Shown: in pieces, positions 14,531-23,924 of the stretch
Layout: every line of letters starts with the position of its first letter
Position numbering within the stretch: the stretch's first letter is position 1
IMG/VR virus record: IMGVR_UViG_2698536570_000003
Span: 1-35,706 of that record
Source: a virus
Taxonomy: Duplodnaviria; Heunggongvirae; Uroviricota; Caudoviricetes
DNA length: 35,706 nt
Strand: one strand, 5' to 3'
Notes under the pieces: generated by a model
The model's database searches: none
Told to the model about the DNA's origin: nothing
The model's input: only the letters and a program-made list of their open reading frames with translations
Position numbers and translations under genes: made by a program

Positions 14531-15830
14531 TCTCCCGCATATTGCCAGCATGGCCTTTAATGAGCCGCTGATGCTTGAACCCGCCTATGCGCGGGTTTTC
14601 TTTTGTGCGCTTGCAGGCCAGCTTGGGATCAGCCGCCTGACGGATGCGGTGTCCGGCGACAGCCTGACTGCCCAGGAGGCACTCGCGACGCTGGCATTAT
14701 CCGGTGATGATGACGGACCACGACAGGCCCGCAGTTATCAGGTCATGAACGGCATCGCCGTGCTGCCGGTGTCCGGCACGCTGGTCAGCCGGACGCGGGC
14801 GCTGCAGCCGTACTCGGGGATGACCGGTTACAACGGCATTATCGCCCGTCTGCAACAGGCTGCCAGCGATCCGATGGTGGACGGCATTCTGCTCGATATG
14901 GACACGCCCGGCGGGATGGTGGCGGGGGCATTTGACTGCGCTGACATCATCGCCCGTGTGCGTGACATAAAACCGGTATGGGCGCTTGCCAACGACATGA
15001 ACTGCAGTGCAGGTCAGTTGCTTGCCAGTGCCGCCTCCCGGCGTCTGGTCACGCAGACCGCCCGGACAGGCTCCATCGGCGTCATGATGGCTCACAGTAA
15101 TTACGGTGCTGCGCTGGAGAAACAGGGTGTGGAAATCACGCTGATTTACAGCGGCAGCCATAAGGTGGATGGCAACCCCTACAGCCATCTTCCGGATGAC
15201 GTCCGGGAGACACTGCAGTCCCGGATGGACGCAACCCGCCAGATGTTTGCGCAGAAGGTGTCGGCATATACCGGCCTGTCCGTGCAGGCTGTGCTGGATA
15301 CCGAGGCTGCAGTGTACAGCGGTCAGGAGGTCATTGATGCCGGACTGGCTGATGAACTTGTTAACAGCACCGATGCGATCACCGTCATGCGTGATGCACT
15401 GGATGCACGTAAATCCCGTCTCTCAGGAGGGCGAATGACCAAAGAGACTCAATCAACAACTGTTTCAGCCACTGCTTCGCAGGCTGACGTTACTGACGTG
15501 GTGCCAGCGACGGAGGGCGAAAACGCCAGCGCGGCGCAGCCGGACGTGAACGCGCAGATCACCGCAGCGGTTGCGGCAGAAAACAGCCGCATTATGGGGA
15601 TCCTCAACTGTGAGGAGGCTCACGGACGCGAAGAACAGGCACGCGTGCTGGCCGAAACCCCCGGTATGACCGTGGAAACGGCCCGCCGCATTCTGGCCGC
15701 AGCACCACAGAGTGCACAGGCGCGCAGTGACACTGCGCTGGATCGTCTGATGCAGGGGGCACCGGCACCGCTGGCTTCAGGTAACCCGGCATCTGATGCC
15801 GTTAACGATTTGCTGAACACACCAGTGTAA
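14511..15830 (+). CDS. C: head protease/scaffold gpC (439 aa, GTG start)
   Basis: MTAELRNLPHIASMAFNEPLM... matches lambda C; GTG start overlapping B end. Confidence 0.9.
15225..15830 (+). CDS. nu3: scaffold protein Nu3 (in-frame internal start within C)
   Basis: Internal ATG (MDATRQMF...) at the position corresponding to lambda Nu3. Confidence 0.55.
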   Translation: MDATRQMFAQKVSAYTGLSVQAVLDTEAAVYSGQEVIDAGLADELVNSTDAITVMRDALDARKSRLSGGRMTKETQSTTVSATASQADVTDVVPATEGENASAAQPDVNAQITAAVAAENSRIMGILNCEEAHGREEQARVLAETPGMTVETARRILAAAPQSAQARSDTALDRLMQGAPAPLASGNPASDAVNDLLNTPV

Positions 15831-15839
15831 GGGATGTTT

Positions 15840-16172
15840 ATGACGAGCAAAGAAACCTTTACCCATTACCAGCCGCTGGGCAACAGTGACCCGGCTCATA
15901 CCGCAACCGCGCCCGGCGGATTGAGTAAGAAAACGCCAGCAATGACTCCGTTGATGCCGGATACCTCCACCCGTAAGCTGGTTGCGTGGGATGGCACCAC
16001 CGACGGTGCTGCCGTTGGCATTCTTGCTGTTGCTGCTGACCAGACCAGCACCACGCTGACGTTCTACAAGTCCGGCACGTTCCGTTATGAGGATGTGCTC
16101 TGGCCGGAGGCTGCCAGCGACGAGGCGAAAAAACGGACCGCGTTTGCCGGAACGGCAATCAGCATCGTTTAA
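15840..16172 (+). CDS. D: head decoration protein gpD (110 aa)
   Basis: [27 protein letters not shown]... matches lambda D. Confidence 0.92.
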   Translation: MTSKETFTHYQPLGNSDPAHTATAPGGLSKKTPAMTPLMPDTSTRKLVAWDGTTDGAAVGILAVAADQTSTTLTFYKSGTFRYEDVLWPEAASDEAKKRTAFAGTAISIV

Positions 16173-16227
16173 CCTGACCCTTCATCACTAAAGGCCGCCT
16201 GTGCGGCTTTTTTTACGGGATTTTTTT

Positions 16228-17160
16228 ATGTCGATGTACACAACCGCCCAGCTGCTGGCGGCAAATGAGCAGAAATTTAAGTTTGATCCGCTGTTTCTGC
16301 GTCTCTTTTTCCGTGAGAGCTATCCCTTCACTACGGAGAAAGTCTATCTCTCACAAATTCCGGGACTGGTAAACATGGCGCTGTACGTTTCGCCGATTGT
16401 TTCCGGTGAGGTTATCCGTTCCCGTGGCGGCTCCACCTCTGAATTTACGCCGGGATATGTCAAACCCAAGCATGAGGTGAATCCGCAGATGACCCTGCGT
16501 CGCCTGCCGGATGAAGATCCACAGAATCTGGCGGACCCGGCTTACCGCCGCCGTCGCATCATCATGCAGAACATGCGAGACGAAGAGCTGGCCATTGCTC
16601 AGGTCGAAGAGATGCAGGCAGTTTCTGCCGTGCTCAAGGGCAAATACACCATGACCGGTGAAGCCTTCGATCCGGTTGAGGTGGATATGGGCCGCAGTGA
16701 AGCGAATAACATCACACAGTCTGGCGTCACGGAGTGGAGCAAGCGTGACAAGTCCACGTATGACCCGACCGACGATATCGAAGCCTACGCGCTGAACGCC
16801 AGCGGCGTGGTGAATATCATCGTGTTTGACCCGAAAGGCTGGGCGCTGTTCCGTTCCTTCAAAGCCGTCAGGGAGAAGCTGGATACCCGTCGCGGCTCTC
16901 ATTCCGAACTGGAGACAGCGGTAAAAGACCTGGGCAAAGCGGTGTCTTATAAGGGAATGTATGGCGATGTGGCCATCGTCGTGTATTCCGGACAGTACGT
17001 GGAAAACGGCGTCAAAAAGAACTTCCTGCCGGACAACACGATGGTGCTGGGTAACACTCATGCACGCGGTCTGCGCACCTATGGCTGTATTCAGGATGCG
17101 GATGCATTGAGTGAGGGTATTAATGCGTCTCCCCGTTATCCGAAAAACTGGAAGACATGA
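16228..17160 (+). pseudogene. E: major capsid protein gpE, N-terminal 312 codons, interrupted; stop codon TGA supplied by the first bases of the insertion
   Basis: MSMYTTAQLLAANEQKFKFDPLF... matches lambda E up to ...PRYPKNWKT, then stop; the missing 29-codon C-terminus is at 24857-24952. Confidence 0.88.
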
Positions 17161-17202
17161 TCCACCGCGCGATAAATAAGCCGCAATCCGTGAGATAAAT
17201 GG
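17158..17202. repeat. left terminal region of insertion (TGATCC..., GATAAATA at 17171, CCGTGAGATAAATGG at 17188)
   Basis: Motifs mirror the right end in reverse complement. Confidence 0.6.
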
Positions 17203-17218
17203 ACACGGTGCGGCTTTT
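17180..17218 (+). terminator. hairpin plus T-run just inside left end of insertion
   Basis: GCCGCAATCCGTG...CACGGTGCGGC followed by TTTT; would stop read-through from E. Confidence 0.4.
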
Positions 17219-17245
17219 CAGATACTGCAAAGGAATTACAAATTA

Positions 17246-19723
17246 TCAGTCGTAAGCAACCCGGCGCTTACGGGCAAGAATAGCTTCCAGCGCTCTTTCA
17301 ATCTCAGGAATGGACAGCTTAAGCGCATTCGCTACATCCGGTGCTGGTGACTTGTTCTTGCCATCAATATAGATATGGTTAATGACGTTAATCCCTGCAC
17401 CTGCCGGTGAATGTGAATCCCGGCCTCTGGATAAGGTAAGGTCGCCGCGCATATAGCGCTCTAATACGGGTGGTACTTTCGGTACATCCGGCACCATCAT
17501 ATCAGCCAGCCGCGAGGAGGCTTTTAGCGCCAGCGATGCAGACTGACCGATACCAATCGCCGCCCCTTCTGCGATGTTTGAACCGAAGCCCATAAAGACC
17601 CGGCTTGGCGAGTGAATCCCCAGCTTTTCCTTGAACCACCCGCCGACGCTATCGCCCATCTCGGTAACGGTATTCTTGAGCGACTCCCACTTATTTTTGA
17701 TACCGTTCACCAGTCCGTCAATCAGGTGACCGCCAAACTCGGTAAACTGGCCGGGAAGGTCGATGTTAAACCACTTCATGACCCCCGCAAACGCCTTGTA
17801 GAACAGCCCCAGCGGCGACCAGTTCAGGATTAGCTTACTGACGCCGAGAACGCCGCCGTTAAAGGCCGTTTTGACTTCCTCCCATCGCTGTGAGAACCAT
17901 CGACTTATTGCCCCCCAGTTGCGGTATATCAGGTATGCGCCCCCGGCGATGACGGTTATCGCAATGCCTAAGGGATTCATCATCAGCGCCCGGCCAAACC
18001 AGAGAAATGCTTTTGCAACGACCATGACGCCCCTGAACAGCCCACCTGCCAGCGCTTTACCCAGCGTCCCGGCTCCCTTCGCTACGGTACTGAATCCAGT
18101 AGCCAGCCAGCGCAACCTGCCACCAACACCAAGTGCGGCTTTCAGCTTCACCCAATGAGTGTGTACCAGAACAGCGTTTTTCCACATCCCAACAAAAGGT
18201 GAAAAAAGCAGATTAAGGCCGAGCTTCAGACCGACAGTGGCAATTTTCAGCCCCAGCAGTGCGCCCACGGTTTTTGCCACACCCTGAACAAGCGTCGGAT
18301 GTTGCTCTATCCAGAGCTTCGTTGTCTGAATCATCGGGATTAATTGCCGGGTTGCTGACACAAATGTAGGGGACAACTGATCGCCGAGAGAGATAGATAA
18401 ATCACGGGTGTTTATCATCAGGGCTTTGGTTGCTTCCAGCGGCGATTTGAGCCTTTCAGCATAGGATGCCGCCAGCAGGTCATTATCAGCCGCTTTAAGT
18501 GCACCAGAGCGGATTGCCCTGTATTTATCCATGTTAGCAAGCATAGGGCGAACGAACGCCATTACCTGCATATCGGTGAACATCTCACCCAGCCCAAAGT
18601 TTTTAGCCAGACTTTGTAAGGCCTCGTCCCGCGCTTTGTTGTCCTGAATTTGCATTGCGGATTTAAAACCAGCCAGAGCTTTCGGACTCGTTGCATTAAG
18701 GTATCTTTGGGTTACATCCAGCATACCTTCAATGGGGGAAACTCCGGCTGCTTTATAATTCGCAAGAGACCCCATCAGGTCGATACCTAAATCGGCAAAT
18801 CGCTTCTGCGTATCAGGCGCAAAAATCTTGGTGAGGAAGTTCCTGAAATTGTTTGCAGTCTCATCCGGTGAACCTGAACCAATCATAGCGACCTGCAAAC
18901 TGGCCCCAATCTCCGCCACTGCATCCTTACCGTCTGCAATACCCTGCATCATCGGCGCAAGCGACTGAATCCATTTCACCTGGTCAGGGATTTCAAAAGA
19001 CCCCTGGTCACCTGCGTAGGCCATGATGTTCTGTACCGCGCCAAATTCTTTTGCGCTGCCTTTCAGCGAGTTTTGCCACACCGCCGCAACCTTTGCCCAT
19101 TCCGTTCCTGCGGTACGGGTTGCCGTGGCTGCACGGGCGATATTCGGCATGTAGTTGCCAATATCTGAAAGCCCGTCAATGTTATCGCTGATAAGTGAAC
19201 CAACGGCGTCCTGCATATCGCTCTGATACTGGTTGTATTTGAGCGACCACCCTTTGATTTGCTCTCCCAGAGTCTTACGGGTTTTATCGTCATATTTCGC
19301 TGTGATTGACATATCAATCATTTTATCTTCAAACGATGCCGACTGTTCTATAGCCGGGGACACAAGACTGTAAGCAGCCCTGACTTGTGCATACGCCTCT
19401 ACTCCCTGACCGTAGAGCGCCATGCGGTTAGATTTCAGGGCGTCAGAAGTGGCAGACGCTGCCGACAGGCGGGACTGCTGGCGGTTAAGCTGTTCCAGCG
19501 TTCTGCCGACCCGTTGCAGGTCATTGTTCAGGCGCGAGGCTACGCCCGAACCAACCTGACCGTAACGCTGCATGGCGCGTGACAGGCTGCTTTGCTGCTC
19601 CGTCAGTCGGCGTGAGGTGTCGCCGAGAGAATCCAGAGTACGCCGGGTACTGCTCATCGCGGAACGAAAACTGCTCCCGACAATGCCGCCAATCATCACG
19701 CCAACAGAAAAATTATTGCTCAT
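17246..19723 (-). CDS. tape-measure-like protein (825 aa)
   Basis: Long helical N-terminal part, Gly/Trp/Phe-rich hydrophobic middle, C-terminal GIHSPSRVF-type motif; no search run. Confidence 0.55.
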   Translation of the reverse strand: MSNNFSVGVMIGGIVGSSFRSAMSSTRRTLDSLGDTSRRLTEQQSSLSRAMQRYGQVGSGVASRLNNDLQRVGRTLEQLNRQQSRLSAASATSDALKSNRMALYGQGVEAYAQVRAAYSLVSPAIEQSASFEDKMIDMSITAKYDDKTRKTLGEQIKGWSLKYNQYQSDMQDAVGSLISDNIDGLSDIGNYMPNIARAATATRTAGTEWAKVAAVWQNSLKGSAKEFGAVQNIMAYAGDQGSFEIPDQVKWIQSLAPMMQGIADGKDAVAEIGASLQVAMIGSGSPDETANNFRNFLTKIFAPDTQKRFADLGIDLMGSLANYKAAGVSPIEGMLDVTQRYLNATSPKALAGFKSAMQIQDNKARDEALQSLAKNFGLGEMFTDMQVMAFVRPMLANMDKYRAIRSGALKAADNDLLAASYAERLKSPLEATKALMINTRDLSISLGDQLSPTFVSATRQLIPMIQTTKLWIEQHPTLVQGVAKTVGALLGLKIATVGLKLGLNLLFSPFVGMWKNAVLVHTHWVKLKAALGVGGRLRWLATGFSTVAKGAGTLGKALAGGLFRGVMVVAKAFLWFGRALMMNPLGIAITVIAGGAYLIYRNWGAISRWFSQRWEEVKTAFNGGVLGVSKLILNWSPLGLFYKAFAGVMKWFNIDLPGQFTEFGGHLIDGLVNGIKNKWESLKNTVTEMGDSVGGWFKEKLGIHSPSRVFMGFGSNIAEGAAIGIGQSASLALKASSRLADMMVPDVPKVPPVLERYMRGDLTLSRGRDSHSPAGAGINVINHIYIDGKNKSPAPDVANALKLSIPEIERALEAILARKRRVAYD

Positions 19724-19755
19724 GGTTCACTCCGGTAATGAGTGGTTCGGTGGCG

Positions 19756-20349
19756 TCATTCGGTCAGGGACAGGCCGCTGATTCCGGTAATCCCGGCAAT
19801 TTCCTCGCTGACAGCCATCAGTTCACTTTCAAGCCCGGTACGTTCGCTGACCAGCGCCGCAACGGTCTTACGGCGTTCTGCCAGTGACGGAAGTTTGTCA
19901 TTGCCCCACACCACGCTTTTATCCTTCTTAAGCGCTTCGGTCAGGCGGGTGGCGACCACATCCGGGAAGAAAAAGCAGAGCTTGCGCATAACCGCCATCC
20001 CGGTATCAGCCGGGGAGATGTTTCCACCCAACCCCACCAGACGGAACAGGCCGGAAATATCGCCGCTCTCATTCTCCAGATTGCCCCAGCGTTCGGCGTT
20101 CCCTTCACTGCCGGAACTGTTGCAGAGGACACGCTTGAATGACTGATATTCTTCCTGCCCGAATCGCTCAATATATTCAGGAATGAAAGAACAGTAATCA
20201 TTAAGCGATAAAGGCATATCCTGTAATGTGGTTATTTCGCCGTTAATTTCACTAATGCGGCGAGAGAGTTTTTCTTTCTGCTCATTCAGGGAGGCAAGAT
20301 TATTTTTAACGGCGTTCAGTGCTTCGATAAGGGAAATAACTGGTTTCAT
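19756..20349 (-). CDS. hypothetical protein with N-terminal coiled coil (197 aa); chaperone or scaffold candidate
   Basis: ORF in track, directly upstream of the tape-measure-like gene. Confidence 0.4.
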   Translation of the reverse strand: MKPVISLIEALNAVKNNLASLNEQKEKLSRRISEINGEITTLQDMPLSLNDYCSFIPEYIERFGQEEYQSFKRVLCNSSGSEGNAERWGNLENESGDISGLFRLVGLGGNISPADTGMAVMRKLCFFFPDVVATRLTEALKKDKSVVWGNDKLPSLAERRKTVAALVSERTGLESELMAVSEEIAGITGISGLSLTE

Positions 20350-20350
20350 T

Positions 20351-20965
20351 TTAATAACTCCAGATAAAAGGCGTGGTGAGTGTGAGTGCTTCGGAATAGG
20401 AGACGTTACAGGCTTCGCTTACATCCTTTATTAAAAGGTGCTGCGCTGCTCTCTGGCTGTCAGCTATGCCGTCGAACTCTGAGAAATAAACGTGTGATTC
20501 ATTGTGACCAAAACAGACCGGGTAAGCGCTTTCCATAAATTCCACCTGCTCCAGCCCTTTAACGGCTGGCGGCTGTGAGCCGAGAAAACCGATATGGCGT
20601 AGATACCAAGCTCCGGTGCCTGCCGGGTTGCTGGCCTCGCCGGGCTTATAGAATGACGCAGATACTTTCCTGTAACGCCCTGAGCGCACCAGCCCCAGCA
20701 GGGTATCATCCGGTTTTACCAGTGCGAAAAGCCTGCCGTTCTTGCTTATCAGTCCGGTGGTTTCGCCATAGGCCGGGCTGTTACTGGCCGGATGCCCCAG
20801 ACACAGCGGCGCACCGTAACCCGCGCTGCGATAGCCGTTATAGGCCGCTGCCATGTTGTCGATATCCTCGTCGGAAAAGCTGATTTCCTGTCCCGCCATC
20901 GCGGTATGCGTTCCCGCCCGGAATATCTCAATCGTTTTCCAGTTGCCCAAATTAAGATTTGTCAT
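20351..20965 (-). CDS. hypothetical protein (204 aa), tentatively Mu gpI-like protease-domain
   Basis: Motifs RSGRYRKVSASFY and LRHIGFLGSQPPAVKGL resemble my recollection of Mu-I family proteins; recall is uncertain. Confidence 0.35.
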   Translation of the reverse strand: MTNLNLGNWKTIEIFRAGTHTAMAGQEISFSDEDIDNMAAAYNGYRSAGYGAPLCLGHPASNSPAYGETTGLISKNGRLFALVKPDDTLLGLVRSGRYRKVSASFYKPGEASNPAGTGAWYLRHIGFLGSQPPAVKGLEQVEFMESAYPVCFGHNESHVYFSEFDGIADSQRAAQHLLIKDVSEACNVSYSEALTLTTPFIWSY

Positions 20966-21007
20966 TTACCTGTTCTCGGTTGTGATGTGTAAACAGTGCT
21001 TTGCTGC

Positions 21008-21382
21008 TTAGTGTCTGGCAGCGCTATCTTTCAGGCTGTTTCTGTATTCACGGCGTTTTTGGGCGATAATGTTGTAAATCCATTGCAGGGAATAGCCGTA
21101 TTTTTTCGCTATTTCAGCGATGGGAATACCTTCATTAAAGTCTGCAAAAACCAGATCATATTTCTCTTCATTCTGGTCTTTTGTTCCTTTTGGGAAGTAA
21201 AGGTTAAGCCCGCCGTATACATCTGACAGATACGCCATGATGTCTACAGCGATAGATTCAGACTGACGTTTATCGACACCGTACATGACAAGGCGGCAGG
21301 AAATGTGCGTAGCCATATCACTAAGCACTTCGGCAGATTGACGCATTTTTTGTTTGTTGGTCATGACTATCACCCGTTGCAA
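21008..21382 (-). CDS. Mor-family transcriptional activator-like protein (124 aa)
   Basis: C-terminal half (YGGLNLYFPKG...FADFNEGIPIAEIAKKYGYSLQWIYNIIAQKRR) aligns by eye with Mu Mor HTH region. Confidence 0.55.
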   Translation of the reverse strand: MQRVIVMTNKQKMRQSAEVLSDMATHISCRLVMYGVDKRQSESIAVDIMAYLSDVYGGLNLYFPKGTKDQNEEKYDLVFADFNEGIPIAEIAKKYGYSLQWIYNIIAQKRREYRNSLKDSAARH

Positions 21383-21603
21383 TATCAGTAATTCAGTCAG
21401 AAAAGGCTTTATAAAGCTTTACAGCGTGCGACTGGCGGTAAAGGCGAACCTTGACCGCAGCAAACCAGCCTGACGGCTTAGAAAGCGTTACAGCACCTTG
21501 TTAAAGTCAGTTAATAATATCGGGTGTGGGCGGGGATGTTTTTTAATGTACTTTAGATATGAAGAAGCCCCTCAGAGGAGGGGCTTCGCGGGATTACGCC
21601 AGA

Positions 21604-21894
21604 TTATTGAGGCCGTCTGTCTTTCCTCAATCCATCAAGTAGCGCCATTGCATCAGTAACCAGTATGCCAGCAGCATCCGTAACCATAGAAACATCAGAG
21701 GATGCACATGATTTATCCGTACCTAATGTAGACGCAAAATCAAGTAGCTTACGAACTGCATCAAGTCGGTAGGTGGCAGAGTCGTAAATTAACTCCTGAT
21801 TAGCATCAGTCTTTAAAAACATAATATCATCAGAGGCACCTTGTGAAAATGACGGCATCGCACGGAAAGTATTTTGAGTTTCAGCCTGTTTCAT
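21604..21894 (-). CDS. hypothetical protein (96 aa)
   Basis: ORF in operon context, overlaps neighbour by 4 nt. Confidence 0.35.
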   Translation of the reverse strand: MKQAETQNTFRAMPSFSQGASDDIMFLKTDANQELIYDSATYRLDAVRKLLDFASTLGTDKSCASSDVSMVTDAAGILVTDAMALLDGLRKDRRPQ

Positions 21895-22652
21895 TGTGCA
21901 GCCCTCCGGCTAATAGCGAATTTATTATAAACTTCATAACTGGCAGCATTCAGTCCGGGGTTGTATTTATCAGCCAGAGCACAGGCAATCATATGTTCAA
22001 TAAATTTTGTTATTGCGTTAAGTTCGGTTTCGTCTGAATAACGCAATGCCACTTTGAGTAACTCGCGGCAATATTGCTTTTTATTCTCTTCGATTTGGCC
22101 TGATTGTTTTATTCCTGCCTTTTTATCTAACTCGTCCTCAACAGGCAAAGATGAGATATCCTCTTTATTGGTTAGCGTTCTTTCGCAAATAATATCTTCA
22201 CCAGATTGAATTACGCGCTGCAACTCTCTGGCGCTCATGCGAAGAATATCATCAAGCGTGTGGTCGTTATATGCCCCACCACTGGCAAGGAGATCCAGTG
22301 TCACTTCATCCAGCCGGGCAAGCAGATTTAACTTCGTTTTGCCGATATCTGTTTTGGCAATTGCGGCTCGTGGTGTGTCACCGCCGAACACATGAGCGAT
22401 TCGCATCGCTTTACGTGCATCGGGCAAGTTTATGCGCCATCTGTGAAGAAAGTTCGTAAACTCACCATGTTGCAGTTCCTCTTTACAGGCAAATATTTTC
22501 TTTCCCAAAGAAACCAAGCCTTCGGCCTCCGATGTCGTTTTAGCGTGAGAACTGTGAATCACGCCACTGACCACCGCAGATAAAACACTTTCTTGGTTTG
22601 TTCCAAATGAATCGTTAGACTTATCATTAGCCATGACTGTTATCCTACGCAT
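21891..22652 (-). CDS. hypothetical protein (253 aa, start uncertain), first gene of leftward operon
   Basis: ORF in track; translationally coupled to the 96-aa ORF. Confidence 0.4.
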   Translation of the reverse strand: MRRITVMANDKSNDSFGTNQESVLSAVVSGVIHSSHAKTTSEAEGLVSLGKKIFACKEELQHGEFTNFLHRWRINLPDARKAMRIAHVFGGDTPRAAIAKTDIGKTKLNLLARLDEVTLDLLASGGAYNDHTLDDILRMSARELQRVIQSGEDIICERTLTNKEDISSLPVEDELDKKAGIKQSGQIEENKKQYCRELLKVALRYSDETELNAITKFIEHMIACALADKYNPGLNAASYEVYNKFAISRRAAQ

Positions 22653-22772
22653 AACGGTTTACTGGTTAGGCCATAGCAAGTGCTCGCAACATTTGTTATG
22701 GCCGTTTCTCTAGACCTTTCCCTGTGTTAAGGTATAGACCTAATAAGCAAACACTAAGCTATAGGTCTATAC

Positions 22773-22964
22773 ATGTCAACTATCTTGCGAGATAAAAGCC
22801 CTAAAGGGGCAGGTAAAGCCCCGATGTTCAATGTCAGGATTTCACCAGAACTGAAAGAACAGTTTGAATCACAAGCAAAAAAAGAAGGTGTTAGCTTAGG
22901 GAATTGGCTCAAAGAGCTTGGGAGAGCAGAGCTTAAGCGCAACGGAATTGACCCGAAGGCTTAA
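22773..22964 (+). CDS. Arc/Mnt-like ribbon-helix-helix DNA-binding protein (63 aa)
   Basis: PMFNVRISPELKEQFESQAKKEGVSLGNWLKE fits the RHH pattern of P22 Arc; divergent from the leftward operon. Confidence 0.5.
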   Translation: MSTILRDKSPKGAGKAPMFNVRISPELKEQFESQAKKEGVSLGNWLKELGRAELKRNGIDPKA

Positions 22965-23000
22965 ATTTAGTTACTAAAAAACAATAGCTTAAGGTATTTT

Positions 23001-23086
23001 TGATAAATATTTATCACTTGTATTCGACATCATAGTGATAAATATTTATCATTCACAGCGCATCGGCACATGATAAAATGTTATCA
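23001..23086. promoter_or_regulatory. three 16-bp palindromic operator-like sites, 35 bp centre to centre
   Basis: TGATAAATATTTATCA at 23001-23016 and 23036-23051 (identical, perfect palindromes); TGATAAAATGTTATCA at 23071-23086. Confidence 0.6.
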
Positions 23087-23101
23087 CTTTGAGGCTAGTT
23101 T

Positions 23102-23446
23102 ATGCGTATACATGTTACTCTTAATGGCAAAAAAACAACCATATCGATAGATGACTTGCTCTTCGACTATCTTGGTGCATGGTTGGTTGAACAAAGACCC
23201 AAACTGCACTCAAAACCTAAAGAGCAGTATGACCAAGCTAAGTCTCAGATTCGTAAATATGTGCAAGATAACGCAGAAAAACTCCCATCTAAGAACCTTA
23301 GCCAGCACATACAAAATGCCATTTTAGAAATAATTATGCCGAAAGAATTAAATGAAATTCTAGAGAAAAGAGGGCCAAGATATGAGAAGAAAAAGTTTGA
23401 TGTGACCACAATTTTCCCTGATTGGGAAAATTATCTGAGAAAGTAA
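23102..23446 (+). CDS. hypothetical protein (114 aa), possible DNA-binding/regulatory
   Basis: ORF in track with GAGG RBS, directly after the operator array. Confidence 0.45.
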   Translation: MRIHVTLNGKKTTISIDDLLFDYLGAWLVEQRPKLHSKPKEQYDQAKSQIRKYVQDNAEKLPSKNLSQHIQNAILEIIMPKELNEILEKRGPRYEKKKFDVTTIFPDWENYLRK

Positions 23447-23465
23447 TTAAATCAATGGATTGTAT

Positions 23466-23607
23466 ACCGCTCAGCGCTGAGCGGTTCTGTGGCTCTAGAT
23501 CTGCCAACGTTGGCAGATTTGCCAATACCGCATTTGATTGATGGTATCGAATCGCAAATGTCCCAGCGCTGGGAATCATCCCCAAAGGCGCAGACATCTG
23601 CGCCTTT
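23466..23607. repeat. cluster of four distinct palindromes/hairpins
   Basis: ACCGCTCAGCGCTGAGCGGT (23466-23485), ATCTGCCAACGTTGGCAGAT (23499-23518), TCCCAGCGCTGGGA (23561-23574), AAAGGCGCAGA-CA-TCTGCGCCTTT (23584-23607). Confidence 0.6.
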
Positions 23608-23734
23608 GAGAAGCACGGAACTAAAATCCGTTTCACTGTATGACTGTATGGTATGAGGCTTTCAGATGCTTACTGAGGCTTAAATAAGCTAATGAAGTTT
23701 GCATCATCTGTTCCAAGTTAGTACACTTATCCCT

Positions 23735-23766
23735 GTTAGTGGATGCGTGACGCGCTCTGGTTGAGG
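23735..23766. repeat. left arm of 32-bp perfect inverted repeat
   Basis: GTTAGTGGATGCGTGACGCGCTCTGGTTGAGG; exact reverse complement at 23925-23956. Confidence 0.8.
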
Positions 23767-23820
23767 CTCATTACCTTGAACAGAGATTCATCACCTTAAG
23801 CACCCAAAGAAAAAAGCCTG

Positions 23821-23870
23821 NNNNNNNNNNNNNNNNNNNNNNNNNNNNNNNNNNNNNNNNNNNNNNNNNN
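23821..23870. other. run of 50 N (assembly gap or masked sequence of unknown true length)
   Basis: Seen directly. Confidence 0.99.
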
Positions 23871-23924
23871 GCATGTGAAACGTGTTCAAGCCCTGGCTGG
23901 ATTACGGGTGGTGCCGCTCCAGTG

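Noticed and set aside
17246-19723. The 825-aa protein as the missing transposase of the insertion
   Set aside because: Composition (long helical and Gly-rich hydrophobic repeats, no DDE or RNase-H-like motif pattern visible) fits a tape-measure protein better.
23490-23505. Overlapping XbaI/BglII-like sites (TCTAGATCT) as a sign of an engineered construct
   Set aside because: Short palindromic hexamers occur by chance, and the surrounding region is palindrome-rich; not enough to infer cloning.
23334-23636. 100-aa minus-strand ORF
   Set aside because: Overlaps the 3' end of the plus-strand 114-aa gene and runs through the palindrome cluster; likely spurious.
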